A DNA stretch of 64,000 nt, from assembly GCA_017428025.1 (NCBI GenBank), contig JAFRRO010000021.1, positions 11,752-75,751 on the forward strand, written 5' to 3'. Below the pieces are notes generated by a model. The model saw nothing but the letters and a program-made list of their open reading frames with translations, did no database searches and was not told where the DNA came from. Origin of the DNA: Clostridia bacterium. Its GTDB lineage: Bacteria; Bacillota; Clostridia; Christensenellales; CAG-138. A program made the translations under genes and the position numbers. Below, one piece after another: positions 6,853-17,281 of the stretch (its first letter is position 1; each line of letters opens with the position of its first letter).

Positions 6853-9398
6853 GCTTCCTCCGTAAAAACATGGGTTCCCGCGCCGACGGTCTCAACCCTG
6901 CCGGAAGGCAGCCTGACCGTCGCTGTGCAGTTTGTGGGGACGTCGATCGTGTAGATCGTTTTACCGTCCCTGCGTTCCCAGCCGCTCTGCACCTTGCCGA
7001 ACACGCTCGTATAGCTTGCCGCGGCGTGCGTGAAGTGTCCGCCGGGCTGCGGCGCGATTGTGAAGCGATTCTCGCCGTCGACCTGAATGCCGCACATGGT
7101 GGTGAACAGCCATTCGACGACCGCGCCCTTCGAATAGTGGTTCAGGCTGCCGATGCCGCCCTTTGCGCCTGCGGGACCTTCCCATGCCTCCCAGATCGTG
7201 GTTGCGCCGCCCTTGGGCATACTGAGCCAGCCGGGAATCTCTTCATTTTCGAGAAGTCTATACGCCGCTTCGATGTCGTACGACGCGAGCACGTACAGGA
7301 TCAGCGGCGTCGAGAGGAAGCCGGTGCCGAGCCGCCAGTTGTAATGCTCGAGCGCCAAAATCAGCCGCTTCTTTGCATATGCGGTCTGTTCCTCATCCAG
7401 AAGATCGAAGTACAGCGGACGCACAAGTTGTGCCTGCCGGTCGGTGTCGAGCTTGAATTGCTCGGTCCCCACCAGTTCGCGGTACGCCGCCTTGCAGCCG
7501 TCGCTGTAGGTCTGAAACTCCTCGGCGTCCCTGTCGTATCCGAGCCGCTTTGCGATCTTTGCCATCAGCCCGAGCACATAACAGGTGTAGGCGGTGCTTA
7601 CCTCCGGATGCGGCGCAACGAAGTCCTGCCAGTGGAAGCCGCCGTCGACGTCGGCCGGTTCCGCCCATTCGCCGTAGCTCTGCCCCCGATTGACAAAATA
7701 CCGCTTTGCATCCTTCGAAAGCCTGATGTGCTTTGCAAAGAGCGGCATCGATTTTCCGCAGCGCTTTTCCATAAAGCGGGCGTAGCGCGCCATGCCGTCA
7801 TAGTACAGATGCAGGATCGAATCGTCCCGGTTGATCTCGGCATAGCGCCACGGGATCAGCACGCCGACGTCCGACCAGCCGACTGAGCCGTTCATCGTCC
7901 ACATGTAAAAGTCCGCGCCGCCGTCCGGCGTGATGTGCGGCAGACGTCCGTTCTTCTTCTGCCAGTCGAACACGTCGTGCAGATACTTTCTCGCAAACGG
8001 CGCGAAGTCGAAGAGATAGGAAGCCGTCGTAAAGAACAGCTGCGCGTCGCCGGTCCAGCCGTGACGCTCGCGCGTCGGACAGTCGGTCGGGATGTCAAGA
8101 TGATTGCCCTTCGCCGACCAGAGCGTTGCGTCGAACAGCCGATTCAGCAGCGGATTCGAGCAGGTAAAGTCGCCGGTACGTTCGAGATCGGAATAGACCG
8201 CGATCGCTTCGATGCGCTCGGGATCGAGTTCGACGTCCGTTTCGACCTCGGCGTACTGAAAGCCGAACACCGCAAAGGTCGTATGGTAATCGTTGCGTCC
8301 TTCGCCCAGGGTGATGTCGAGCTTTTGCAGCGGCGTCGTCTTTTTCTTATTGGAAAGCTGAATGTTCTTCTGCGTGAGATTGCCGGTCTCGTCGAGCATC
8401 TCGCCGAAGCGCCACACCATGCGGCTCCCGATTCGCGCGTCGACCGAGAACGCGACATAGCCCGCGATGTTCTGTCCGAAGTCGAGAATCTTCTTGCCGT
8501 TCGGCGCGGTCGTGATGACCGGATGAAACCGTTCATGCTCGGTCACCGGCACGTTGTTCGATGCGCTCGGCACGACGGGATGGCTCGTTTCCTTCGCGTG
8601 AGCGGTGTACATCGGCGTGCGGAAGGCTTCGACGATCTCGCCGTCCTTGTTGTCCGCAAAGCGGATCGGACCGTCGTTCGACCACTGCCACGAACGGTCG
8701 GAAACGACCGTCTCCTTGGCGCCGTCCGCATAGACGATCTCCAGCTGCATCAGAAGCTTGGTTTCCGTGCCGTACTGATACGTCAGCCCCCACGCGCCGC
8801 AGCTGCCGCGATACCACCCGTCTGCAAGCTGCACGGTGAGCTCGTTTTCGCCCGCATGCAGGAAATCCGTCACATCGTAGGTCTGATACTGCACGCGCTT
8901 GCGGTAGTCCGTATAGCCGGGCGCAAAGCGGAAATCGCCGATTCGCCTGCCGTCGAGCCGCGCCTCGTAGAGTCCGCAGGCGGTGGCGTACAGCCGCGCG
9001 GATGCAACCGGCTTTTCGATCGACACGACCTTTTTGAAGCAGTCGATCGGATAGCGCTCCTTCTTGTTCGGCACGTAATCGCCGGTGATCCACTTCGCCT
9101 GCCAATCAAACGGATGCAAAAGCCCCGTTTCGAAAAACGCTTCGCTCCACTCGCCGACCGCGTCGTTCTCGTCCCAAAGACGAATCTTCCAGTTCACACG
9201 CTCGCGGGACGCAAGCGGAAGCGGATATTCCGCGTGCATGGCGTCGCTTTGCACCTTGCCGCTCTGCCACCGGTCGCAGACGATCTCGTAGGCGGTCTGC
9301 TTGCTGCCGCCTTCGCAGTTCCACGAAAGCCGCGGGGACGGGATATCGATCCCAAGGGGATCAAAGAGATGTTCGGTTTTCAGTCGGATGGCATTCAT
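6849..9398 (-). CDS. Alpha-L-rhamnosidase (GH78)
   Basis: 849 aa. N-terminus LKTEHLFDPLGIDIPSPRLSWNC..QTAYEI and the overall layout are typical of bacterial GH78 enzymes. Sits in the rha operon. Confidence 0.85.
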   Translation of the reverse strand: MNAIRLKTEHLFDPLGIDIPSPRLSWNCEGGSKQTAYEIVCDRWQSGKVQSDAMHAEYPLPLASRERVNWKIRLWDENDAVGEWSEAFFETGLLHPFDWQAKWITGDYVPNKKERYPIDCFKKVVSIEKPVASARLYATACGLYEARLDGRRIGDFRFAPGYTDYRKRVQYQTYDVTDFLHAGENELTVQLADGWYRGSCGAWGLTYQYGTETKLLMQLEIVYADGAKETVVSDRSWQWSNDGPIRFADNKDGEIVEAFRTPMYTAHAKETSHPVVPSASNNVPVTEHERFHPVITTAPNGKKILDFGQNIAGYVAFSVDARIGSRMVWRFGEMLDETGNLTQKNIQLSNKKKTTPLQKLDITLGEGRNDYHTTFAVFGFQYAEVETDVELDPERIEAIAVYSDLERTGDFTCSNPLLNRLFDATLWSAKGNHLDIPTDCPTRERHGWTGDAQLFFTTASYLFDFAPFARKYLHDVFDWQKKNGRLPHITPDGGADFYMWTMNGSVGWSDVGVLIPWRYAEINRDDSILHLYYDGMARYARFMEKRCGKSMPLFAKHIRLSKDAKRYFVNRGQSYGEWAEPADVDGGFHWQDFVAPHPEVSTAYTCYVLGLMAKIAKRLGYDRDAEEFQTYSDGCKAAYRELVGTEQFKLDTDRQAQLVRPLYFDLLDEEQTAYAKKRLILALEHYNWRLGTGFLSTPLILYVLASYDIEAAYRLLENEEIPGWLSMPKGGATTIWEAWEGPAGAKGGIGSLNHYSKGAVVEWLFTTMCGIQVDGENRFTIAPQPGGHFTHAAASYTSVFGKVQSGWERRDGKTIYTIDVPTNCTATVRLPSGRVETVGAGTHVFTEEA

Positions 9399-9401
9399 GG
9401 C

Positions 9402-10952
9402 TCACACCTCTTCCGGCTGCTCCGCCGCCTGCGCGGACTTCGCTTCGCGGCGCGCCTTGATCTCCGCCTGCTTTCTCGGCAGGTCCTTTTCGACGTTCAG
9501 GAACAGCAGAATGAGCGCAAGCGCGATGCCGGTAAAGACCTCAAGTCCGACGAACGCAAACGAGATCACCCAGTTGACACCGCTCGGCTGCGCAAGCGCA
9601 ACCGTCATCACGCCGTCTGCCGCGGGCTTGATCGCGTCAAGCGCGATCTGCGAGGTCCAGCCGTTTGCACTGAGTACGGAAGCCGCTTCGGACACGCTCT
9701 TTGCCGTGAAGGGAGCAAGATAGCCCGCCTTTGCGAGCATCCAGCTGAACACGCCGGTCATAATGCCGATCATCGCAACCGCAATGATGTTGTAGATCGA
9801 CATGGCCGCGCCGTCGATCCGCAGGTCGTGCTTCCATTCGAGGTGATCGAGACAGTCCGCAAACAGCGCCATAAAGACGTAAGCGCATGGCAGACCGCCG
9901 ATGTTCTTGATGAACTGCCCGATCAGCACCATGACGAGGTTCGTCTTGAAGATCCAGCACAGCAGCGAGCCTGCCGCATACAGGATGAAGCCGATCATCG
10001 TGACGTTGCGCTTGCCGAACTTCTTCGCAAGCGGCCAGACCGCGAAGATACCGATGCCCATCGGAATGCCGCCGATCGCGGAGACGAGCATCTGCGTCAA
10101 CCCGTCGTTGTAGGTACCGAGCACGTAGTTGCAGTAGTAGACGAGACCGAGGTTTTTGATCGTGGAACCGACGGTGTAGAGGAGGAAATACAGATACATG
10201 AGAATCATGTACTTATCCGTAAACAGAATCTTCATCTGCTGGAGGAACGGCAGCTTGTTCTCCTCCTTCGCCTCCGCAGCCTCCGCGGTGACGCGCTCCT
10301 TGGTGAAGAAATACTCCATCAGCGTCAGCGGCAGCGCTATGATCGACAGAATGCTCATCAGCGTGATCCACTTGGACTTGTCCACGCCGATCGCGGGCAT
10401 GATCAGCATCGGGAAGACCAGCGCGACAAGGATGCCGCTCATCATGATCGTGGTGATCTGATTGAACACCGAGAGCCCGCCGCGCGCCGTGGAATCGCGC
10501 GTGGAAAGCGGCACCATCAGTCCGTGGCTCATGTTGAAGATTGTATAGGCGAACGAGTAGAACAGGTTATACGAGAGCATTACCCAGATTGCCTTGACGA
10601 CGTCGTTCGATTCCGGCACGGTAAACAGCAGAATGCCGGTGACCGGTACGAGAAACGCCGACAGGAGCAGCCACGGACGCGCCTTGCCCTCTTTGGTTTT
10701 GGTGCGGTCGATGATCTGCCCCATAATGATGTTGGTGACCGCGTCGATGATCTTCGAAACGATCGGGAACAGCACGATGAACGCCCCGCCCCAGAGCGGC
10801 GTCAGGTTCAGAACGTCGGTATAGTACACCAACAGATACGTTCCGAGCACCGCGTTCAGCAGCAGCGCCCCCGCAGGGCCCAACAGGTAGCCGAGCCATT
10901 TTTCCTTGGCGGTGACCTTGTCCGACGTGATCAGACTCTTCGGCAGTTTCAT
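9402..10952 (-). CDS. Glycoside-pentoside-hexuronide (GPH) family sugar:cation symporter
   Basis: 516 aa with about 12 TM segments. N-terminus [23 protein letters not shown] is typical of MelB/GPH carriers. ATGA overlap with the GH3 gene. Confidence 0.85.
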   Translation of the reverse strand: MKLPKSLITSDKVTAKEKWLGYLLGPAGALLLNAVLGTYLLVYYTDVLNLTPLWGGAFIVLFPIVSKIIDAVTNIIMGQIIDRTKTKEGKARPWLLLSAFLVPVTGILLFTVPESNDVVKAIWVMLSYNLFYSFAYTIFNMSHGLMVPLSTRDSTARGGLSVFNQITTIMMSGILVALVFPMLIMPAIGVDKSKWITLMSILSIIALPLTLMEYFFTKERVTAEAAEAKEENKLPFLQQMKILFTDKYMILMYLYFLLYTVGSTIKNLGLVYYCNYVLGTYNDGLTQMLVSAIGGIPMGIGIFAVWPLAKKFGKRNVTMIGFILYAAGSLLCWIFKTNLVMVLIGQFIKNIGGLPCAYVFMALFADCLDHLEWKHDLRIDGAAMSIYNIIAVAMIGIMTGVFSWMLAKAGYLAPFTAKSVSEAASVLSANGWTSQIALDAIKPAADGVMTVALAQPSGVNWVISFAFVGLEVFTGIALALILLFLNVEKDLPRKQAEIKARREAKSAQAAEQPEEV

Positions 10953-13087
10953 GCGTTTTGTTCCTCCTTCGGCAGTTTCGGTACGTCAATCTTTTTCATA
11001 AAGCAGCGGATGCCCCTGAACAGGTGTCCGTTCGTCAGTTCCGCAAAGCCCTCGGCGAAGTTGTACGGCATCCGGTCGCCCGCGCACATCGAGAGCGAAC
11101 GCGGCGAATTGCTGTCCATGATGCGCTTCATAAAGTACGCGCCCTTGATCGCATTGTCCTTTTCGGGACCGTCCGGGAGCTTTTCCGCCTGTTTCATCTG
11201 CTTTTTCACCACCGACAGCACGGCGTTGTAGAGGATGCGCCCCAAGAAGGTCTGGTTGAGATCGGTGAAGCGCGATTCGACCGTCACCGGATAGCGCGGC
11301 GGCTCCTTCGGCACAACGTACGTGTCGGGGTATTCGATCTCCGGCTCCTCCTCTATGGTGATCGTCACCTTTCTGCTCTCGCCGGGAAGGAGATAGACCT
11401 TTTCGAAGCCCTTCAGCTCGCCGTTGATGAACAGCTGCGCAACCTCGCCGCCGTAGCGGTCGCCGGTGTTCGTGACCGTCTGCGTGCACGTATTGCCGTC
11501 CTTTGTCCATTCGGAATGTTCGAACGTCGTATAGGAAAGCCCGAAGCCGAACGGGAAACGCACCGGAACGTTGTGCTTGTTGTAATACCGGTAGCCGACC
11601 TCGGTGCCCTCGGCGTAGATTTCGTTGATCCCCTTGCCGAACGTTACGCAGCTCGGCACGTCCTCGTATCGCATCGGCCAGGTCTCCGCAAGCTTGCCGG
11701 AGGGGTTCTTCTTGCCGAACAGCAGATCATAGACCGCCGTGCCGCCGTTCTGCCCGGGCAGGTACATGTTGAGGATCGCATCGACGCGATCGGCAAACGG
11801 CAGCTCGACCGGCGAACCGCCGAACAGCACGACGACCGTCTTTTTGCCGCCTGCAAGCAGCGCGTCGATCTCTTTGAGCTGGTTTTCCGGCAGACGCATG
11901 TGTTCGCGGTCGCAGCCCTCGGATTCGTATTCGTCCGTCAGCCCCGCAAAGATCAGCACCGTGTCGCTCTCCTCGAGCGCAGCGCTCTTTACGCCGTGCG
12001 CATCGAACGCGTCTTTCGGCGTCGTGACCTTCGTCGGATGGATCATCGAACTGCCCGCGCCCTGATAGCGCATGTTCCGGAAGAGCTCGCCCGCGATGTG
12101 CAGCTTTTCGCTGCCCGAAAGCGGCAGCACGCCGTCGTTTTTCAACAACACCGCAGAATCTTCTGCGATCTCGGCGGCAAGCGCGTGATGCGCATCCCAG
12201 TCCACCGGCTTCGGATCGGCGGGCTGTACGTAACGGTCGATCCAGTTGAGGATGTTGCGGCAGGCGCTGTCGAGCGCCTCCGCGGGCAGCGTGCCGTCAT
12301 GGATTCCGTCGAGGATCCGTCTGCGGCAGATTGCGGTATCGCCCGGCATCTCGAGATCGAGACCGGCTTTGAGCCCCGCAACGCGGTCGTGTACTGCGCC
12401 CCAGTCGGTCATGACAACGCCGTCAAAGCCCCATTCCTTGCGGAGCACGTCGGTGAGAAGCCACTTGTTCTCGGAACAGAACGTGCCGTTGATCTGATTG
12501 TATGCGCACATGAGCGTCGCGGGGTGCGCATGCTTTACGATGTATTCGAACGGTTTGAGATAGAGCTTGCGCATCGTGCGTTCCGACGCGACGGAGTTGC
12601 CCATGAAGCGGTAGTTTTCGGAATTGTTCAGCGCGAAGTGCTTGACCGACACGCCGACGCCCTTCGACTGCACGCCGTTTACTTCGGCCGCGCCCATGAC
12701 GCCCGCCAGCAGCGGATCCTCGGAGAAATACTCGAAGTTTCTGCCGCACAGCGGATTGCGCTTGATGTTGACGCCGGGACCGAGCAGCGTATGCACACCG
12801 TAGAAACGGCATTCCGCTGCGATCGCTTCGCCCATTTTGCGGGTGTTCCCGGGGTTCCAGCTTGACGCCGTCGTCGCCGCCGTCGGGAACGAGGTTGCCG
12901 GTTCGCTCTCGGAGATGCCGTTGTCCCCGCCCTCCTTCTGGATGCGCAGACCGTGCGGACCGTCCGCCATGCGAAGCGACGGAACGGCAAGCCGCGGGAT
13001 CGGATTCGTGTACATGAAGTTCGTGCCGGATACCAGCGCCGCCTTCTCCTCGACCGTCATTTGCTGCAGAATGGTTTCTGTCTCCAT
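10949..13087 (-). CDS. Beta-glucosidase/beta-xylosidase-like glycoside hydrolase family 3
   Basis: [21 protein letters not shown]..., [19 protein letters not shown] (GH3 nucleophile context), C-terminal FnIII-like region. Start at 13087 behind GGAGG. The 881-aa track ORF extends spuriously upstream across the araC promoter. Confidence 0.85.
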   Translation of the reverse strand: METETILQQMTVEEKAALVSGTNFMYTNPIPRLAVPSLRMADGPHGLRIQKEGGDNGISESEPATSFPTAATTASSWNPGNTRKMGEAIAAECRFYGVHTLLGPGVNIKRNPLCGRNFEYFSEDPLLAGVMGAAEVNGVQSKGVGVSVKHFALNNSENYRFMGNSVASERTMRKLYLKPFEYIVKHAHPATLMCAYNQINGTFCSENKWLLTDVLRKEWGFDGVVMTDWGAVHDRVAGLKAGLDLEMPGDTAICRRRILDGIHDGTLPAEALDSACRNILNWIDRYVQPADPKPVDWDAHHALAAEIAEDSAVLLKNDGVLPLSGSEKLHIAGELFRNMRYQGAGSSMIHPTKVTTPKDAFDAHGVKSAALEESDTVLIFAGLTDEYESEGCDREHMRLPENQLKEIDALLAGGKKTVVVLFGGSPVELPFADRVDAILNMYLPGQNGGTAVYDLLFGKKNPSGKLAETWPMRYEDVPSCVTFGKGINEIYAEGTEVGYRYYNKHNVPVRFPFGFGLSYTTFEHSEWTKDGNTCTQTVTNTGDRYGGEVAQLFINGELKGFEKVYLLPGESRKVTITIEEEPEIEYPDTYVVPKEPPRYPVTVESRFTDLNQTFLGRILYNAVLSVVKKQMKQAEKLPDGPEKDNAIKGAYFMKRIMDSNSPRSLSMCAGDRMPYNFAEGFAELTNGHLFRGIRCFMKKIDVPKLPKEEQNA

Positions 13088-13142
13088 GGATATGCCTCCT
13101 ATCGTTTTCAGAAACAGTATACTCGATTTTTGTCCGTATGTA

Positions 13143-13171
13143 TTGCATTTTTGTATGATGTTTCGTATAAT
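13143..13171 (+). promoter_or_regulatory. SigA-type promoter of the AraC-family regulator
   Basis: TTGCAT, 17 nt, TATAAT (13143-13148 and 13166-13171), 28 nt upstream of the ATG. Lies in the AT-rich divergent region shared with the rha operon. Confidence 0.6.
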
Positions 13172-13198
13172 TGTAATGAATCGGAGGAATGATGAAGA

Positions 13199-14386
13199 AT
13201 GTTGGATCTGCCATATATCGCCAAATCGATCGGCGCGCTGTCCGGCGTGCCGGTGCGGCTGTTCGAGCACGGCGCGCGCACGTACGAATGGTTCCCCGCA
13301 AAGCTCCCGAAGGATCCGCTGACGCTGTATGAATCGGAGATCTTTTCGATCGCGGCGCACGTCGGCTACTACGTCACGCCGCTGTTTCACTATTACGGGA
13401 TCATCCGCCGCGGCGATGCGGCGTTTGTGATCGGTCCGACGTCGCAGATCATGGCGAATGAACAGGACCTGCGGGAACTGGCGTTCAAGCTCGACGTGCC
13501 GAAGGAGGACGTTTCGGCGTTCGTCTCCGGCATGAACGGCATCATGCGCCTGCCGGTGGAAACGCTGCTGTCGATGCTCTGCACGATGAATCATTTTCTG
13601 ACCGGCGGCGAGATGCTCGCGCTGTCGGATGTCTCAATCTACGGCGCCGAGCAGGAATCGATCAAAACGAGCGTCGAAAAGCGCCGCACGGCGCGCGTGT
13701 ACGAGGAAACGCCGCGCGTTCAGCAGATGCACAACGTGCTTGCGATTGAGGAAGCGCTGATGGAGATCGTACGCAAAGGCGATACCGTGGCGCTCCGGCG
13801 CTGGCTGTCCGAGGCGCCTGCGGTCCGCGGCGGCACGATCGCGCCGAATCAGCTGCGGCAGCTGAAGAACACGTTCATTGTCGCGGTTACGCTTGCGTCG
13901 CGCGCGGCGATCCGCGGCGGCATGCGCGAGGACGACGCGTTTACGCTGTCCGACGGATACATTCAGCGCGTCGAGCTGCTGAACGATCAGAGCAAGATCA
14001 TGAATCTGCAGTATCACATGATCCTCGAATTCACCGAGCAGGTCGAAAAACTGCATCTCGGACGCCATCCAACCAAGCTTGCGACGGACGTCGCAAACTA
14101 CGTGCGGCACCATCTGTCCGAACCGATCAGCACCGAGAGGATGGCGGAAGAATTCTATCTGAGCCGTCCCTATCTGTCCGCGAAGTTCAAGCAGGAGACC
14201 GGCGAAACGCTGACAGCTTTCATTCTGCGTGAAAAAACGGAGGAAGCCAAACGCCTCCTCCGCTATTCCGACAAGCCCGCGTCCGCGATCGGCGCGTATC
14301 TCGGCTTCTCCTCGCACGGGCATTTCATCCGCGTGTTCAAGCGGTACGCCGGCATGACGCCGAACGAGTACCGCGCAAATCCGTAA
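13199..14386 (+). CDS. AraC family transcriptional regulator (probable regulator of the rhamnoside locus)
   Basis: C-terminal HTH_18 signature ..YLSAKFKQETGETLTAFILREKTEEAKRLL..SAIGAYLGFSSHGHFIRVFKRYAGMTPNEYR. Divergent from the GH3-rha operon. Confidence 0.85.
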   Translation: MLDLPYIAKSIGALSGVPVRLFEHGARTYEWFPAKLPKDPLTLYESEIFSIAAHVGYYVTPLFHYYGIIRRGDAAFVIGPTSQIMANEQDLRELAFKLDVPKEDVSAFVSGMNGIMRLPVETLLSMLCTMNHFLTGGEMLALSDVSIYGAEQESIKTSVEKRRTARVYEETPRVQQMHNVLAIEEALMEIVRKGDTVALRRWLSEAPAVRGGTIAPNQLRQLKNTFIVAVTLASRAAIRGGMREDDAFTLSDGYIQRVELLNDQSKIMNLQYHMILEFTEQVEKLHLGRHPTKLATDVANYVRHHLSEPISTERMAEEFYLSRPYLSAKFKQETGETLTAFILREKTEEAKRLLRYSDKPASAIGAYLGFSSHGHFIRVFKRYAGMTPNEYRANP

Positions 14387-14392
14387 TCAGAC

Positions 14393-14420
14393 AAAAAGCA
14401 CGCTTGCTGCGTGCCTTTTT
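14393..14420. terminator. Bidirectional intrinsic terminator
   Basis: aaaaaGCACGC-ttgct-GCGTGCcttttt, between convergent genes. Confidence 0.65.
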
Positions 14421-14423
14421 CAA

Positions 14424-15893
14424 TCAATCGCGTTTCCTGCGCCGCCCGAACAGCAGGAAGCAGGCGGAAGCGACCGCCGCGCCGAGCAAGGCAAACAGGA
14501 CCGGCTTTTTCCATTCGTTCGGCTTTGCGTCCGGCTCCGGAGTCTGCGGCGCTTCGGTCGGCGCTGCCGCATCGGGCCTTTGCGCAGGCGGTTCGGTCGG
14601 CTCCGGCGTCGGCGGTTCGGTCGGCTCGGCCGTCGGTTCCTCCGTCGGTTCCGGCGTCGGTTCGACCGGCGGTTCGGTCGGCGGTACATAGGAGGAAAGC
14701 AGCGACGGATCGATGTGATCGAATACGTCGTCGCCCGCCTCGACCGTGCCGTACACCATGCCGAACCGGTTCATCGCGTCCCGGTCGGTATCGGACTGCA
14801 CCAGATGGTTGCCGTTCTGCTGGGACGCATGCTTTTTGAACGCGTCCTCCGCGACCTGCAGCGCCGTGCGTCCCCCGCATGCCGCAAGCGGCGTGCGGAT
14901 ATCCATGACGAACGGATTCTCCGGATACAGATGCAGATAGCACTTCCTGACCTCCCAGGTGCCGAACCGTTCAACGGAGAACGCATCGTACGACGGATCG
15001 GCGCAAAGCCGCACCGCGTCGGCGACGGCGGCGGAGACAACCTTATGCTGCCAGTGCCCGTATTCGCCGTTCTGCGCGTGCGAAAACACGACGAGCGGCC
15101 GGTATTCGCGCAGCATCCGTACGAGCGCGAGCGTCACCGTTTCCTTTAGGAAGCGGTTGTCCCGATAGTCCTTTTTCATCGAGTAGATATCCAGAAAGCC
15201 GAGAAACAGCGGACGGTATCTTGCGCCCATCTCCCATGCGCCGAGCATGGCTTCGTTGACGCGTTTGCGCGACGGGACGGTGACATACGCGACCGTGCCG
15301 ACATATCCGCGTTCCGCGCCGTAGGTCGGGACGATGCCGCCCATGAACAGCACGTCGTCGTCCGGATGCGTCGCGATGAGAAGATAGTCCATGCCCTTCG
15401 GCGTGTCCTCCCACGGGAAAAACGGCGCGGGCAGCCTGCCCTCTGAATACAGTGCCAGCCGCGCGATGCTCATGCCCTTCCGCCCGGCGACGATCGTGAC
15501 GCCCGCCGCGTTGTCCGACAGCGAAACGATCGAGTCGTACAGCGGCCGCACCGTCTCCTCCGAGAGAATCGCACCGTCGGCGTCCGACTGCCGCAGCAGC
15601 ACGTCTTCCGGCAGCGCGCCCCACTGGATGCAGAGATGCGCCGGTTTCTGCGGCGCGTTTGCCCACGAGAGGTACACCGTTTCGTACGGCGCATACGCGA
15701 AGGTCTCCTCGAGCTTGGCGTCGATCATCTTTTCCCGATCGATGGTATGCGCCTCGCCCTGATCGATCCGCATGTGGCGCGTCAGGTTCTTTGCTTCCGG
15801 TTCGTCGTCCTCCGCAAGCGCGGACGGCACCGACAGCAGCATCATGAGTGACAGCAGAAGCAGCAGCACTTTTTTGAGACAGGTCTTGTTCAT
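14424..15893 (-). CDS. Secreted, membrane-anchored PIG-L/LmbE family deacetylase
   Basis: Signal peptide MNKTCLKKVLLLLLSLMMLLSVPSALA. PIG-L motif LLIATHPDDDVLFMGG and later GHWQH. Followed by an E/P/T-rich linker and a C-terminal TM anchor. Start at 15893 behind GAAGGA. Confidence 0.75.
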   Translation of the reverse strand: MNKTCLKKVLLLLLSLMMLLSVPSALAEDDEPEAKNLTRHMRIDQGEAHTIDREKMIDAKLEETFAYAPYETVYLSWANAPQKPAHLCIQWGALPEDVLLRQSDADGAILSEETVRPLYDSIVSLSDNAAGVTIVAGRKGMSIARLALYSEGRLPAPFFPWEDTPKGMDYLLIATHPDDDVLFMGGIVPTYGAERGYVGTVAYVTVPSRKRVNEAMLGAWEMGARYRPLFLGFLDIYSMKKDYRDNRFLKETVTLALVRMLREYRPLVVFSHAQNGEYGHWQHKVVSAAVADAVRLCADPSYDAFSVERFGTWEVRKCYLHLYPENPFVMDIRTPLAACGGRTALQVAEDAFKKHASQQNGNHLVQSDTDRDAMNRFGMVYGTVEAGDDVFDHIDPSLLSSYVPPTEPPVEPTPEPTEEPTAEPTEPPTPEPTEPPAQRPDAAAPTEAPQTPEPDAKPNEWKKPVLFALLGAAVASACFLLFGRRRKRD

Positions 15894-15929
15894 TCCGGTT
15901 CCTTCTATCGTGCGCGGCGAGCGCCGCAA

Positions 15930-16427
15930 TTATCCTTCGGTTCTGTTTGCCGGTTCGGCAAGATTCGTCAGGCTTTCCCCCGCAAGGCGGTAGATCGTCC
16001 ATTCGTCCATCGCCTGCGCGCCGAGCGAACGGTAAAAATCGATGCTCGGCCGGTTCCAGTCGAGACAAACCCATTCCATGCGTCCGCATCCGCGCTCGAC
16101 GGCGATCGACGCAAGCTGTTTCAAAAGCGCCTTGCCGTAACCGTTGCCGCGGTATTCGGGCAGCACATAGAGGTCCTCAAGGTACAGTCCCGCCCTGCCG
16201 ACGAATGTGGAGAAATTATGGAAGAACAGCGCGAATCCGATTTCCTTTCCGTCCTCGCAGGCGAAAAGCACCTCGGCGCTGTGCTTTCGAAACAGCCAGT
16301 CGCGGAGCAGGTCCTCCGTCGCGACGACCTCGTCGAGCATCTTTTCGTAGGCTGCGAGCGCGCGGATAAAGCGCAGAATCAGTCCGCAGTCCGTTTCCTC
16401 CGCCTTGCGGAATGTCAGCTGTTTCAT
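15930..16427 (-). CDS. GNAT family N-acetyltransferase (diamine/spermidine acetyltransferase-like)
   Basis: 165 aa; LYLEDLYVLPEYRGNGYGKALL (acetyl-CoA binding motif A). ATGA overlap with the upstream gene. Confidence 0.8.
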   Translation of the reverse strand: MKQLTFRKAEETDCGLILRFIRALAAYEKMLDEVVATEDLLRDWLFRKHSAEVLFACEDGKEIGFALFFHNFSTFVGRAGLYLEDLYVLPEYRGNGYGKALLKQLASIAVERGCGRMEWVCLDWNRPSIDFYRSLGAQAMDEWTIYRLAGESLTNLAEPANRTEG

Positions 16428-16978
16428 TGCAATTCCTCCGTGCTGCGAAGATGGTCGAGATATGCGCAAAACTCCGGCGTCCTTGACCAGTACCGGACGC
16501 CCCAGTTCTCGAAGCTCCATTCGTCCGAATAGTCGTTGCACTCGTAGTCGACGTAATAGAGCAGTCCGCCGCTGACGACGAAGTTGGTCGGGAAATAGTC
16601 GATGTTCAGCCCGCACGCCTTCGCCTGTTCCGCCATCGCGCGCACCTGATCGAGATACGGCTCTGCGGACGCGCCGTTTTTCACAAGGTCGAACACGGTC
16701 TCCCCCTCGATGTATTCCTTCACGATCCGCTCCGCGTCCGCATCGACGGCAAGCATCCGCGGGATCCGCACGCCTGCGCGCATCAGCCGTTCATAGTCGT
16801 GCCGCTCCGCCTCGATCTTGTTGCCGAAGGCGTAGTAGCTGCACGGCTCGTGATGGATCTGTTTCAGGACGACCGGCCGTCCGTCCCGTTCCGCAAGATA
16901 GGAGTATCCGCCCTTGCCGTGACCGAGCAGGCGTACGATGCGATATTCGACGCCGTATACCGATAAACGTTCATTCAT
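16424..16978 (-). CDS. Minimal protein-kinase-fold protein (RIO/Kdo-kinase-like)
   Basis: 184 aa. Gly-rich loop LGHGKGGYSY, VVLKQI lysine, NIDYFPTNFV catalytic-loop-like D..N, YYVDYE. Start at MNERLS (16978). Confidence 0.55.
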   Translation of the reverse strand: MNERLSVYGVEYRIVRLLGHGKGGYSYLAERDGRPVVLKQIHHEPCSYYAFGNKIEAERHDYERLMRAGVRIPRMLAVDADAERIVKEYIEGETVFDLVKNGASAEPYLDQVRAMAEQAKACGLNIDYFPTNFVVSGGLLYYVDYECNDYSDEWSFENWGVRYWSRTPEFCAYLDHLRSTEELQ

Positions 16979-17078
16979 GCATTCAGTATAAAATATTACA
17001 AAAACCGCGTCAAGCGTTTCCCGTTCCCCGCCGCGGCGACCGTGTGAAAAAAACGTGTAAAATCTGCAAAAAAGGGGA

Positions 17079-17107
17079 TTGACAAACGCGCGGGAAGCGT
17101 TTATAAT
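17079..17107 (+). promoter_or_regulatory. Consensus SigA-type promoter of the pyrG-glnA-glmS operon
   Basis: Perfect TTGACA (17079-17084), 17 nt, TATAAT (17102-17107). Confidence 0.75.
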
Positions 17108-17210
17108 CGGTGACATGTTTTTTATATATCATATATCGTCCTTGCGGACCGCGAGGCGAACCGAACCGAATATGCGGCATTTCGATGAAGTGCCAGAAGA
17201 TGAACGTCAA

Positions 17211-17258
17211 GCGTCCATCCGCGGGGACAACTCCCCTCGGACGGGCGCTTTTCTCTTT
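17211..17258 (+). terminator. Leader terminator (attenuator) upstream of pyrG
   Basis: 17-bp stem gcgtccatccgcgggga / tcccctcggacgggcgc (2 mismatches, loop caac) followed by ttttctcttt. It ends 24 nt before the pyrG ATG. Confidence 0.65.
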
Positions 17259-17281
17259 GAAGGAATTGCAGGAGGAATGGC

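Noticed and set aside
7935-11231. 1098-aa plus-strand ORF. Similar long antisense ORFs: 10958-12865, 22162-23631, 34882-36366, 40673-42058, 44020-45522, 45589-48027, 53798-55276, 59325-60971, 61171-62550.
   Set aside because: All lie antisense to well-supported genes (GH78/GPH, GH3, MATE, MBOAT, M28, etf/bcd/hbd, HD-RyR, kinase, PPase). They have Arg/Ala/Asp/His-rich junk composition and no RBS context.
10949-13594. Long N-terminal extensions of track ORFs: GH3 881 aa, rhaA 465 aa, M42 436 aa, 23862-25406, 25220-26839, 28040-29143, 40388-42019
   Set aside because: The extensions cross promoters, repeats or neighbouring genes and have junk composition. Internal ATGs with good RBSs match the conserved N-termini of the families, so those starts were used instead.
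14540-14700. Repetitive GC-rich tracts (also 32830-33060 and 40033-40118) as possible non-coding repeats or mobile DNA
   Set aside because: They are in frame within CDSs and encode P/T/E/K-rich interdomain linkers of secreted proteins. This is ordinary low-complexity coding sequence.
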